Below are positions 18,812-27,632 of a DNA stretch of 47,056 bases, piece by piece. The translations under genes were made by a program, and so were the position numbers. Source of the DNA: Gemmatimonadaceae bacterium (GTDB taxonomy: Bacteria; Gemmatimonadota; Gemmatimonadetes; Gemmatimonadales; Gemmatimonadaceae); assembly GCA_036570225.1 (NCBI GenBank), contig DATCPG010000331.1:1-47056 (forward strand), written 5' to 3'. The notes below the pieces were generated by a model. It had not been told where the DNA came from and made no database searches. It worked only from the letters and a program-made list of their open reading frames with translations. The stretch's first letter is position 1; every line of letters starts with the position of its first letter.

Positions 18812-19872
18812 TTTCCCTTTTCTCCGCGCACGAGCTCACCGCTTTGGCGAAGCAACTGGTCCGCGACCGCGAATGGTGTCGATCGACCCTCTTCCACCGA
18901 GGGGAGCTGCTCGTCGAGCCAGGCCATAGTGCGAGAATCCTTCCACAACCGATCCCTGACCTTTCGCTCCACCACGTCTATGACGCGCTCGCGCATCCGT
19001 TCACGCCTCCGCGCGCGCAGCGTTCCTGATTGCTCAAGATAAGCAAAGTGACGGTCCAGCGCGGCGACCATCTCGCTGATTCCCTCCTGCTTCGTCGCGA
19101 CGGTGCTCAACACCGGCGGCGTCCAGGTCGTCGGATTCTCGGCGGCGGCGGCTTCGCGGGCCAACCGCGCTGGGTTCATTCGCTTGAGATCGACGCCGTG
19201 ATGCGCGGGCACGTTGCCGAAGGACACGCCTTTCCGAAGTCCCAGCATCAGCTCGACATCGTTGCGCAAGCGATCCGCGCCGGGACGATCGGCCTTGTTG
19301 ACGACGAAAATGTCGGCGACTTCCATCACTCCGGCCTTTAGAGTCTGAATGGAATCTCCAGATTCGGGGACGAGGATCAACGCGGTCGAATCGGCGGTGC
19401 GCGCAACGTCGAGCTCCGACTGTCCAACCCCGACCGTCTCTATGAGCAAGCGGTCGAAACCAAATGCGTCGAGCACGTCGGCGACCTCTCGCGTCGCTGC
19501 CGCGAGCCCGCCTAAGGATCCGCGCGTTGCCATCGACCGGATGAAGACCTCCGGATCGAGCGCGACATTCTCCATGCGCACGCGATCACCCAGCAAAGCT
19601 CCGCCCGTGAAAGGAGACGTCGGGTCCACCGCGATCACTCCAACCTTGAGACCCGCGTCACGAAAGCTCTTTACCAGCAGCGCTGTTATCGTGCTCTTCC
19701 CGGCCCCAGGTGGTCCCGTCAGACCGATACGTCTCGCGCGCCCTGTTCGTGCATGCAGGCGAGCCAGGATCGCCTCGAATCCCTCGCGATGGTTTTCGAC
19801 GACGCTGACGACACGCGCGAGCGCCGCGGGTTTTCCGGCGTTGAAATCGTCCAGAAGCCCTTCAGATGACAC
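18808..19872 (-). CDS. meaB: MeaB/ArgK G-protein chaperone of B12 mutases
   Basis: [62 protein letters not shown] start at 19872 overlaps the end of ybeY. Confidence 0.93.
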   Translation of the reverse strand: MSSEGLLDDFNAGKPAALARVVSVVENHREGFEAILARLHARTGRARRIGLTGPPGAGKSTITALLVKSFRDAGLKVGVIAVDPTSPFTGGALLGDRVRMENVALDPEVFIRSMATRGSLGGLAAATREVADVLDAFGFDRLLIETVGVGQSELDVARTADSTALILVPESGDSIQTLKAGVMEVADIFVVNKADRPGADRLRNDVELMLGLRKGVSFGNVPAHHGVDLKRMNPARLAREAAAAENPTTWTPPVLSTVATKQEGISEMVAALDRHFAYLEQSGTLRARRRERMRERVIDVVERKVRDRLWKDSRTMAWLDEQLPSVEEGRSTPFAVADQLLRQSGELVRGEKGK

Positions 19873-20311
19873 GGGCGAGGATCCTTTCCTGTCTGCGCCA
19901 CATCCTGGACACTGTGCGGGTTTCGCCTTCCGGATGATCATATCCCAATGTGTGCAGCGTGCCGTGCACCACGAGCCGAAGGACCTCCTCCTGCGAAGAT
20001 ACGGACTGTCGCTTTGCGTTGGCGCGCGCGATCTCGGGACAAATGTAAATGTCACCGACGACCGGCCCTCGGCGACCCTGTCGGCCAAGGCCAAACGAGA
20101 TCACATCGGTTGGACCGTGATGTCCCAGGTATCGCCGATTGAGCTCCGACATTGCTCCCCGCCCGACGAACGTGATCGATAGCATCGCATCCTTCACGCC
20201 TTCCGCGGCCAGAGTCGCGACCGCCGCTTCCTTCACGCGTGGTTTCGACACGAGCAGCCGCCGCACGCTCGACGATATGTCGATCGCGAGGCCGCGCGGC
20301 GGAGATTTCAT
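19862..20311 (-). CDS. ybeY: rRNA maturation endoribonuclease YbeY
   Basis: LNRRY, PTDVISF, GDIYIC, HGTLHTLGYDH zinc motif; follows phoH. Confidence 0.95.
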   Translation of the reverse strand: MKSPPRGLAIDISSSVRRLLVSKPRVKEAAVATLAAEGVKDAMLSITFVGRGAMSELNRRYLGHHGPTDVISFGLGRQGRRGPVVGDIYICPEIARANAKRQSVSSQEEVLRLVVHGTLHTLGYDHPEGETRTVSRMWRRQERILARVI

Positions 20312-20335
20312 GTTCTCAGACGCGGGACAACAGGA

Positions 20336-21295
20336 TCAGACGCCCGAATCCTCGGCGTACGCCTTGATGATTTCGCGCACCAGGCGGTGACGAACGACAT
20401 CGGCGTCGGTCAGGTAGTAGAATCCGATCCCATCGATCCCCGGCAGTATCCGTTCGATCTGCACCAGGCCGGAGTCTTCACGCTTGAGCAGGTCGATCTG
20501 CGTCTTGTCCCCGGTGATCACAGCTTTCGAATTCACGCCGAGCCTGGTGAGAAACATCTTCATCTGGGCGGCAGTGGCATTCTGCGCCTCGTCGAGAATC
20601 ACGAAGGCGTCGGCCAGAGTTCTCCCACGCATGTACGCGAGCGGAGCAATCTCGATCGTGCGCGTCTCCAGCGATTTCTGGACACGTTCGTGCGGCATCA
20701 TGTCCTCGAGCGCATCGTAGAGCGGCCTGAGATACGGGTCGACCTTCGCCTGCATATCGCCGGGAAGGAACCCGAGACTCTCGCCTGCCTCAACTGCCGG
20801 CCGTGCCAGCACGATTCGACGAACCCGCTTGCGCGCGAGAGCGTCTACGGCCGCCGCCACAGCGAGATAGGTCTTGCCGGTTCCAGCCGGACCGATCCCG
20901 ACAACAATGTCATTCTCCGCCATCAGCTTCATGTACTCGGCCTGACCAGTCGTCTTGGCCTGAATGATCTTGCGGACGCCGGGCAGAACGATGCGTGACT
21001 CGCTGTCCACGCCGTTACCGTTTCCGTCCCGCGGACCTTCTATGCTCATGCGGAGGACGTCGTCCGCGGTGAGGGGCATCTGCTGCTTGGCGGTGTCGAT
21101 CATCCGTTGCGCGATAACGATCGCGCGCGCTACTGATTCAGCGCTTCCGCTTAGCGCAAGCGTCTCACCGCGGAGGTTGACCTTTGCTCCCGTCTGTCGC
21201 GCCAGCTCGACGAGGTTCTCGTCGTTCACTCCGGCCAGCGTCAACATGTCGGCGCCTTCTGTCGAGAGGCGCTGGATCGTTGTCTCGTCGCTCAC
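20336..21295 (-). CDS. phoH: PhoH-family ATPase (YbeZ-like)
   Basis: GPAGTGKTYLA, RPAVEAGESLGFLPG, APLAYMRGRTL, DEAQN, GDKTQIDL, DVVRH. Confidence 0.95.
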   Translation of the reverse strand: MSDETTIQRLSTEGADMLTLAGVNDENLVELARQTGAKVNLRGETLALSGSAESVARAIVIAQRMIDTAKQQMPLTADDVLRMSIEGPRDGNGNGVDSESRIVLPGVRKIIQAKTTGQAEYMKLMAENDIVVGIGPAGTGKTYLAVAAAVDALARKRVRRIVLARPAVEAGESLGFLPGDMQAKVDPYLRPLYDALEDMMPHERVQKSLETRTIEIAPLAYMRGRTLADAFVILDEAQNATAAQMKMFLTRLGVNSKAVITGDKTQIDLLKREDSGLVQIERILPGIDGIGFYYLTDADVVRHRLVREIIKAYAEDSGV

Positions 21296-21296
21296 G

Positions 21297-23144
21297 TCAG
21301 CTCGTCATTTTTTGAAGATGGAGTTCCCTCAGGTCCTCGGGTGGCACCGCTGAAGGCGCGTCCTCGAACAACGCACGCGCCGCGGTGGTTTTCGGAAAAG
21401 CAATCACGTCACGGAGCGACGTAGCTCCGGCGAGCACCATCGCCAGTCTGTCGAAGCCGAGTGCGATGCCGCCGTGCGGTGGAGCGCCAGCGCTGAGCGC
21501 ATCGAGCAGGAAACCGAAGCGGGCCTGCGCAGTTTTCTCTTCGACGCCAAGCAGCGACAGTACCCTGCGCTGCAGCGATGGATCGTTGATCCGAATGCTG
21601 CCGCCGCCCAGCTCCAGTCCGTTCAACACGACATCGTACGCCAGTGCGCGCACTTTCTCAGGCGCGGAGTCCAGCAGCGCGATGTCGTCCGGGTTCGGCG
21701 CGGTGAACGGGTGATGAACCGAGCTGAGTGTCCCGTTCTGTTCGCGAATGAACATCGGGAAGTCGGTGACCCACAGGAACGACTGCTTGTTCGCCGGAAT
21801 CAGCGACAGACGCTGCGCGGCATCTTGCCGCACGCGATCGAGCGCAGGATTGCTCACGTGCTCAGGGCCGGCAACCAGAAGACAAAGCTCACCGTCTCCA
21901 ATCCCGAGTAACTGCACGCCTTTTTCGCTCAGGAATTTCGCGGCGGGCCCCTCGATGCCTGTCGTGCCGCGCTTGAGTCGGATCAGTCCGCCAGCTCCTG
22001 CAGATTTGGCAATCGCTTCGATCTCATCGACCTGTTTACGCGAGAGAGTCGCGCCACCCGGAATCCTGATGCCGCGAACTCGCCCGCCCGACCCGAGAGC
22101 GCTCGTAGCGATCCCGAATTCCGACCCGCGAAACGCTTCGCTGGCGTCGAATATCTCGAGTCCGTAACGCAGATCAGGACGGTCGGAGCCAAACCGCTCC
22201 ATCGCGTCGGCGTATTTCAGGCGCTCGAAACGAGCGGGAATGTCCTGTCCGATTTCCTTGAACTGCGTCGCGAGCATTCCTTCGGTGAGCGTGATGATGT
22301 CTTCAGGCTCGATGAAGGACGCCTCGATGTCGATCTGCGTGAATTCGGGCTGCCGGTCCGCGCGCAGATCCTCGTCGCGAAAACACCGCGCAATCTGGAA
22401 GTACCTGTCGAAGCCGGCGATCATAAGCAGCTGCTTGTACAGTTGCGGTGATTGCGGCAGCGCGTAGAACTCGCCCGGATGCACTCTGCTCGGCACGATG
22501 TAATCGCGCGCGCCCTCCGGCGTCGGCTTGGTGAGTATCGGGGTCTCGATTTCGAGAAATCCGCGCTCGTCGAGGTAGCGGCGGGTCGCCTGCTGGAGTC
22601 GATGCCGCAGGATGAGATTGCCCTGGAGGTCCGAGCGACGAAGATCAAGGTTGCGGTACTTCAGCCTCAGCTCCTCGGCGGGAAGCTTTTCGCCCTTGCC
22701 GCGAGCGACAGGAATGGCTGGCGTTTCCGCCGGTCCAACAATTCTAAAATCGCGGGCTCTCACTTCTACCTCGCCCGTCTCCATCTCTGCATTGCGCATT
22801 TCGGTCGGACGCGCGGCAACGTCGCCCTCGATGAGGACGACTGTCTCGAGGCCAAGCTTGCCCGCGCGCTCGATGATGTCCTGAGGAGTCCACTTGGGAT
22901 CGAAGGAGACCTGGACCAGGCCGGCGCGGTCACGAAGGTCCAGGAAAACGATTCCGCCGAGATTCCGGATGCGGTGTACCCAGCCACCGAGTTTGACTTT
23001 GGCGCCGGCGTGCGAGGCTCGTAACTCACCTGCGAGGTGTGAGCGCTTGGCCGTCGCGAAACGGGATGAAGGGGGCGTGGAGGTCAGCGCCGCGTCGTCT
23101 GGGTCGAGAAAGGCATCAACAGGGGTTAAATTTAGTAGTTGCAT
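21297..23144 (-). CDS. aspS: Aspartate--tRNA ligase
   Basis: GWVHRIRNLGG.VFLDLRD, TPEGARDY, LPQSPQLYKQ, FRDEDLRADRQPEFTQID, HHPFT, GAPPHGG, FPKT. Start uncertain: ATG 23144 or CTG 23087 (see findings). Confidence 0.97.
   Translation of the reverse strand: MQLLNLTPVDAFLDPDDAALTSTPPSSRFATAKRSHLAGELRASHAGAKVKLGGWVHRIRNLGGIVFLDLRDRAGLVQVSFDPKWTPQDIIERAGKLGLETVVLIEGDVAARPTEMRNAEMETGEVEVRARDFRIVGPAETPAIPVARGKGEKLPAEELRLKYRNLDLRRSDLQGNLILRHRLQQATRRYLDERGFLEIETPILTKPTPEGARDYIVPSRVHPGEFYALPQSPQLYKQLLMIAGFDRYFQIARCFRDEDLRADRQPEFTQIDIEASFIEPEDIITLTEGMLATQFKEIGQDIPARFERLKYADAMERFGSDRPDLRYGLEIFDASEAFRGSEFGIATSALGSGGRVRGIRIPGGATLSRKQVDEIEAIAKSAGAGGLIRLKRGTTGIEGPAAKFLSEKGVQLLGIGDGELCLLVAGPEHVSNPALDRVRQDAAQRLSLIPANKQSFLWVTDFPMFIREQNGTLSSVHHPFTAPNPDDIALLDSAPEKVRALAYDVVLNGLELGGGSIRINDPSLQRRVLSLLGVEEKTAQARFGFLLDALSAGAPPHGGIALGFDRLAMVLAGATSLRDVIAFPKTTAARALFEDAPSAVPPEDLRELHLQKMTS
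23127..23134. promoter_or_regulatory. Palindromic bidirectional -10 element between aspS and rlmN
   Basis: TAAATTTA reads TAAATT on both strands, in the only AT-rich patch of the divergent junction. TCGAGA lies 17 nt upstream on the plus strand. Confidence 0.5.
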
Positions 23145-23163
23145 AGACTTGGTGGAAGGGAGC

Positions 23164-24276
23164 ATGATCCAAACAAACACGCGTCGGGAGGTCGAGCCGG
23201 CGAAACGAAACCTCCTGAACATGCTCCCTTCCCAGGCCGAGCAAGAGTTGAGGGATTTTGCCGTCGAGCACGGCGAGAAAGCATTCCGCGGATCGCAGGT
23301 GCTTCGCCACCTTTGGCAGAATCCGGCGGTGAGCTTCGCCGCGATGACCGACCTGCCGGTGGCGTTTCGTGCTCTCCTCGATGAGCACTTTAGGATTCCG
23401 CGCCTCGTCCTGGCGACGCGGCAAACATCCTCGGATGGAACCGAGAAATTCCTCTTCCGACTTGACGACGGCGAGTTCATAGAGACCGTGGCGATCCCCG
23501 AAGGATCGAGACTCACGCTTTGCATCTCATCTCAGGCGGGCTGTGCCCTCCAATGCGCCTTCTGCGCGACCGGTGCGATGGGATTCGCGCGCAACCTCCA
23601 GATGTTCGAGATCGCCGGCCAGGTCCGCGAGATGAAGCTGCTCGATCCACCCAAGCAGGTGACGAACATCGTGTTCATGGGAATGGGTGAGCCACTCATG
23701 AACTGGAAAGCAGTCGACCCCGCTCTGACTGTTCTCAATTCCGCTGCAGGTCTTGGTATAGGCGCTCGGCACATCACGGTTTCTACGGTCGGCGTCCTGC
23801 CCGGGATCGTCGCGCTTGGGGAAAGAGCCGAACAATTCAGGCTGGCGATCTCCATCCACGCGCCGAATGACGAGCTGCGTCAGTCGCTCATGCCGATCAA
23901 CACCAGGTATCCGCTCGCCAGCGTGATCGAGGCGGGAAAAGTCTTGGATCGGCGGGTCGCCTTCGAGTACGTGATGTTAGGCGGCGTCAACGATGCCGGA
24001 GAGCACGCTACGCAGCTCGCTGCCCTCGCGCGTGAGTGTCGCGCGTTCGTGAATCTCATTCCACTCCATCCGGGCGGAGCGGGCGACTTCACCCCGAGCC
24101 CACCGGAACAGATTCACTGGTTCGCGCGCCGTCTCCGTGCCGCGGGAGTCGAAGTCGCGATCAGAAAGAGCCGCGGCATGGACATCTCTGCCGCCTGCGG
24201 ACAGCTAAGGGTGGAACGGCAGCGAAGGCGGGCTCCAATTGGCGCCGAGGATGACGGTAACGTCCAGGTAGCGTGA
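23164..24276 (+). CDS. rlmN: Dual-specificity RNA methyltransferase RlmN
   Basis: DGTEKFL, CISSQAGCALQCAFCATG, FMGMGEPLMN, FEYVML.GVND, VNLIP, AACGQL; SD GGAAGGGAG before the ATG. Confidence 0.97.
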   Translation: MIQTNTRREVEPAKRNLLNMLPSQAEQELRDFAVEHGEKAFRGSQVLRHLWQNPAVSFAAMTDLPVAFRALLDEHFRIPRLVLATRQTSSDGTEKFLFRLDDGEFIETVAIPEGSRLTLCISSQAGCALQCAFCATGAMGFARNLQMFEIAGQVREMKLLDPPKQVTNIVFMGMGEPLMNWKAVDPALTVLNSAAGLGIGARHITVSTVGVLPGIVALGERAEQFRLAISIHAPNDELRQSLMPINTRYPLASVIEAGKVLDRRVAFEYVMLGGVNDAGEHATQLAALARECRAFVNLIPLHPGGAGDFTPSPPEQIHWFARRLRAAGVEVAIRKSRGMDISAACGQLRVERQRRRAPIGAEDDGNVQVA

Positions 24277-24606
24277 GCTGTCGCGCTGTGTGACGACCGG
24301 CGCATCCATCGCTCGCCCCACGCGCGCTGCCCAATCCGGATGCCCTGACCTGTCGAAGACCACCGTCGTCGCTCTCTGCTCGGTGTTGGTGCCCGAGCCT
24401 ACGACATCGAATCCGTGGTCCCGCAAAAAGAGCGTCGCGCGCCGCGCGAGGCCCTTGGTTTTGGTTCCGTTGAAAACTTCGACCTTGATTCGCACTCCCT
24501 CCGGCGCCCTCGCGTCGTCAGGGATGTCGGGCGCCTGTGCAGTTCCATTGTTGAGCGATTTGATAGCGAACCAGGCGACCGCCGCCAGCACGAGCACGGC
24601 GAGCAT
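24205..24606 (-). CDS. LytR C-terminal domain membrane-anchored protein
   Basis: TM anchor, then VEVFNGT..KGLA...LRDHGFDVV..G and DVTVILG.NW. First ATG is at 24606; the true start may be slightly upstream. Confidence 0.85.
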   Translation of the reverse strand: MLAVLVLAAVAWFAIKSLNNGTAQAPDIPDDARAPEGVRIKVEVFNGTKTKGLARRATLFLRDHGFDVVGSGTNTEQRATTVVFDRSGHPDWAARVGRAMDAPVVTQRDSSRYLDVTVILGANWSPPSLPFHP

Positions 24607-24635
24607 GTATCGCCCGTATCGGCGCTTGTGGCGCG

Positions 24636-25181
24636 TTACCGGAGGCTGTTCCAGAGCTCGACAGTTTCGGGAAAGATGTGATTGCCTTCGCGCACCGACC
24701 ACTCCAGCCGGAAGCGCACGACCTGTCGGAACACGCCATCGAAGTTGTGTGGAACCTGGCTAGCGAGAAAGCCTCGATCCTCGGCGAGGAATTTTCTGCC
24801 CGGCTCGAGGTAATCCGCCATATACAGGGCGCGCCCCGTGTGATCCCACTTCGCCGATCCGACCGTGTGATATCGGATCGCATCGAGAAGATTTTTTCTC
24901 CGCTCACCTTCGGCCTCGAGCCTGATCGCGACCGCCGGGCCGTGCAACAATCCATCGGGTGACTTGCGGTCACCGGTTATTTCCCGGAGCTCGGCGATCG
25001 GTGCGTCGCGCAGAGCATCGTGCCACGTGCCAGCATCGATCCACGTATTCGCTTCGTCGGCGGAGAGACGCATCGCGGCTCCCCACGCCCGGAGCAGAGA
25101 TGTCACGCGCTGTATGTGCGCGAACCGGCGCTCGCTCACCTGCGACCATGTCGGCAATCCGGAACTCTGGAGCTGAATCAT
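24636..25181 (-). CDS. HD-domain hydrolase, YqeK-like (Ap4A hydrolase family)
   Basis: RFAHIQRV, WHDA, LLHGPA, AIRYHTVG, LYMADYLEPGR. Confidence 0.8.
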   Translation of the reverse strand: MIQLQSSGLPTWSQVSERRFAHIQRVTSLLRAWGAAMRLSADEANTWIDAGTWHDALRDAPIAELREITGDRKSPDGLLHGPAVAIRLEAEGERRKNLLDAIRYHTVGSAKWDHTGRALYMADYLEPGRKFLAEDRGFLASQVPHNFDGVFRQVVRFRLEWSVREGNHIFPETVELWNSLR

Positions 25182-25182
25182 T

Positions 25183-26025
25183 TCAGAAGATGATGTTGTC
25201 GATCAGTCTCGTTTCGCCAACCCGAACAGCGCCTACGGCTGCATCCCCGTGACGGACATTGTTGACGCGCTGGAACGTGTCGGCATTCACGGCCGCGAGA
25301 TAACGCGGCGTCAACCCAACCACACGTTCGAGCATCCGCCAGCCAATTGCTTCGAGAGCGCTTGCCCTTCGTTCTCCTCTGCCGAACGCGTCACGCATCG
25401 CGAATAGTGCCCGGGAGAGTATGAGACCGAGCTCCCGGTCCTTTGCAGAGAGGTAGCGGTTCCGGCTGGACATGGCGAGTCCATCCGGCTCTCTCACCGT
25501 CGGAGCAACGAGAATCCCCACGGGGAAGTTCAGGTCTCGAACCATCGCCTTGACCGCCGCAGCCTGTTGGAGATCCTTCTGGCCGAAAACCGCGACGTCC
25601 GGCATCACGATGTTGAAGAGCTTCGCGACGACAGTGAGAACTCCCTCGAAGTGATGCGGGCGGACCGCACCTTCCCACTCCTTTCCGACACTCCCCGGAT
25701 GCACGATGACCACGGGCACGTGCTCCGGGTAAATCTCTTCTTTCGTGGGAGTGAACAGAAAATCGACTCCCCTCTCCTTTGCGAGCGCCGCATCCGCATC
25801 AAGCGTGCGCGGATAGCGGGCAAAATCCTCGCTCGGGCCGAACTGAATGGGATTGACGAAGATGCTCATCACCACGAGGTCGGCTACAGCCTTCGCTTCG
25901 TCGACGAGCTTGAGATGGCCCTCATGAAGTGCTCCCATCGTCGGCACGAACGCAACACTCCTGCCCTTCGCTCGCGCTCCGGCCATGATGTGGCGCATTT
26001 CAGAGATAGTTCCGACCGGCTTCAT
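25183..26025 (-). CDS. panC: Pantoate--beta-alanine ligase
   Basis: VPTMGALHEGH, SIFVNPIQF, RPHHFEGV, FGQKDLQQ, DGLAMSSRN, RLIDN. Confidence 0.98.
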   Translation of the reverse strand: MKPVGTISEMRHIMAGARAKGRSVAFVPTMGALHEGHLKLVDEAKAVADLVVMSIFVNPIQFGPSEDFARYPRTLDADAALAKERGVDFLFTPTKEEIYPEHVPVVIVHPGSVGKEWEGAVRPHHFEGVLTVVAKLFNIVMPDVAVFGQKDLQQAAAVKAMVRDLNFPVGILVAPTVREPDGLAMSSRNRYLSAKDRELGLILSRALFAMRDAFGRGERRASALEAIGWRMLERVVGLTPRYLAAVNADTFQRVNNVRHGDAAVGAVRVGETRLIDNIIF

Positions 26026-26027
26026 GC

Positions 26028-26849
26028 TTAGAAGCTGTGCTCTGCATCCGGATAGGCTCCGCTGCGAACATCCTTCGCCCAGCTTCCTATCGCCGAGCGC
26101 ACGTCATTCGCCATCTCGGCGTAGCGCTTTAGAAACTTCGGCTGGAACGTGTCGTTCAAACCGAGCACGTCGGGAAGAACAAGCACTTGCCCGTCACACT
26201 GCACGCCCGCGCCAATGCCGATCGTTGGAATCCCGATTGCCGCCGTGATGCGCGCGGAGACATGCGCCGGCACGAGCTCGAGAACGACAGCGAACGCCCC
26301 GGCTTCCTCCAGTCCCTTGGCCTCGCCAATCAGCCTGTCCGCACCCTCCTCTTCGCGACCCTGAACTCGAGCACCTCCGATGGTGTTCACCGACTGCGGC
26401 GTAAACCCGATGTGCGCCATCACGGGGATGCCGGTGCGAACCAGCGCGTGCACCGTATCGAGCATTTCCGGGCTCCCCCCCTCGACCTTTACGGCGGACA
26501 CTCCAGTCTCCTGAACTGCGCGCCCGCAATTGAGTACCGCGCTCTCGATGCTTGCCTGGTATGACAGGAATGGCATGTCGATGACGATGAGCGCGCGCTT
26601 CACCCCGCGCCGGACAGCGCCGGCATGGTAGATCATGTGGTCCAGTGTCACCGGGAGCGTCGAGTTGTAACCCATCACTGCGGTTCCTACCGAATCGCCG
26701 ACGAGAATCGCGTCGACACCGGACTCGTCCACGAGCCTCCCGAACAATGCGTCGTAGGCTGTCATGACGACGATCTTCTCGCCCTTGCGCTTGCGCTCGG
26801 CGAAATCGCGGACCGTTATGGGCCGCTCCTCGCGAGCTTGACTAGTCAA
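26028..26849 (-). CDS. panB: 3-methyl-2-oxobutanoate hydroxymethyltransferase
   Basis: MTAYD, LVGDS, DMPFLSY, VKVEGG, HIGFTPQ, IGIGAG, DGQVLV. TTG start overlaps the end of folK. Confidence 0.97.
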   Translation of the reverse strand: MTSQAREERPITVRDFAERKRKGEKIVVMTAYDALFGRLVDESGVDAILVGDSVGTAVMGYNSTLPVTLDHMIYHAGAVRRGVKRALIVIDMPFLSYQASIESAVLNCGRAVQETGVSAVKVEGGSPEMLDTVHALVRTGIPVMAHIGFTPQSVNTIGGARVQGREEEGADRLIGEAKGLEEAGAFAVVLELVPAHVSARITAAIGIPTIGIGAGVQCDGQVLVLPDVLGLNDTFQPKFLKRYAEMANDVRSAIGSWAKDVRSGAYPDAEHSF

Positions 26850-27258
26850 TGCGAGCGCTCCGCAGAGTCGCCAACTCGGTGAGCCAGAAATCGCGCTTCG
26901 ACAATTCCGGGTGTGGGACCGTGAGTCCCTCTTCCTGCACGCTCTGGTGCTCGAAGAGCACGATGTCGAGATCCAGCGTGCGCGGTCCCCACCGTGCGCG
27001 CCGCACACGACCCGCCTCGGCTTCAATCCGGTGCAGCTCTGCCAGCAGCTCGCCTGGAGACAGCTCGGTTTCGATTGCAATCATCTGATTGAGAAATGGA
27101 CCCTGCGCGACGGGGCCGATGGGCGCGGTTTCCTCGACGTCAGTCTGGCCGAGCACTCGTGAGCCCGGTAGTGCGGCGATCGCGCGCCTCGCCTGCGCCA
27201 AAAATACCTCACGCTCCCCGAGATTGGAGCCGAGCGCTATGTAGGCGACATCCTTCAC
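26842..27258 (-). CDS. folK: 2-amino-4-hydroxy-6-hydroxymethyldihydropteridine diphosphokinase
   Basis: YIALGSNLG, FLNQ, RWGPRTLDLDI, LTVPHP. Confidence 0.96.
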   Translation of the reverse strand: MKDVAYIALGSNLGEREVFLAQARRAIAALPGSRVLGQTDVEETAPIGPVAQGPFLNQMIAIETELSPGELLAELHRIEAEAGRVRRARWGPRTLDLDIVLFEHQSVQEEGLTVPHPELSKRDFWLTELATLRSARID

Positions 27259-27632
27259 GCACGCTCTCGCTCGAGCGCTATCTCTGCGTAAGCGAGCGGA
27301 CCCGGCAGCGCGACGTTCGGCTTCCGTACAGCGATACGCACTCGCGTCACGAGCGGCAGCTGCAAGGCGCGATCGGCGATCATCTCGCCAACCTCTTCGA
27401 GGAAGCTGATGTGACCGTTCGTGACGACCTCGGCGACGAGGTCGTAGACTCGCCTGTAGTCGACGATGTCCTTCGCTGATACCGGTCCGTCGGTGCGCAC
27501 CACCCAGAGCGAAGCGTCGACTTCTATAGATTGCGCGATCTCCGCTTCGTGAGGAAGGACACCGATGCGCGCATGGAAGCGCATCGCCTTGAGGGTCACG
27601 ACATCGTTGGTGATCGCGTTGTCCCTACCCAT
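27255..27632 (-). CDS. folB: Dihydroneopterin aldolase
   Basis: FHARIGVLPHE...Q, VDY, FLEE, VRKP; adjacent to folK. Confidence 0.9.
   Translation of the reverse strand: MGRDNAITNDVVTLKAMRFHARIGVLPHEAEIAQSIEVDASLWVVRTDGPVSAKDIVDYRRVYDLVAEVVTNGHISFLEEVGEMIADRALQLPLVTRVRIAVRKPNVALPGPLAYAEIALERERA

Noticed and set aside
17285-19042. 585-aa plus-strand ORF
   Set aside because: Antisense shadow of the mutase/meaB genes caused by high-GC codon bias; no recognisable motifs.
22894-23525. Apparent long head-to-head overlap of aspS and rlmN in the ORF track
   Set aside because: Artefact of longest-ORF start choice; conserved sequence starts near 23087-23144 for aspS and at 23164 for rlmN.
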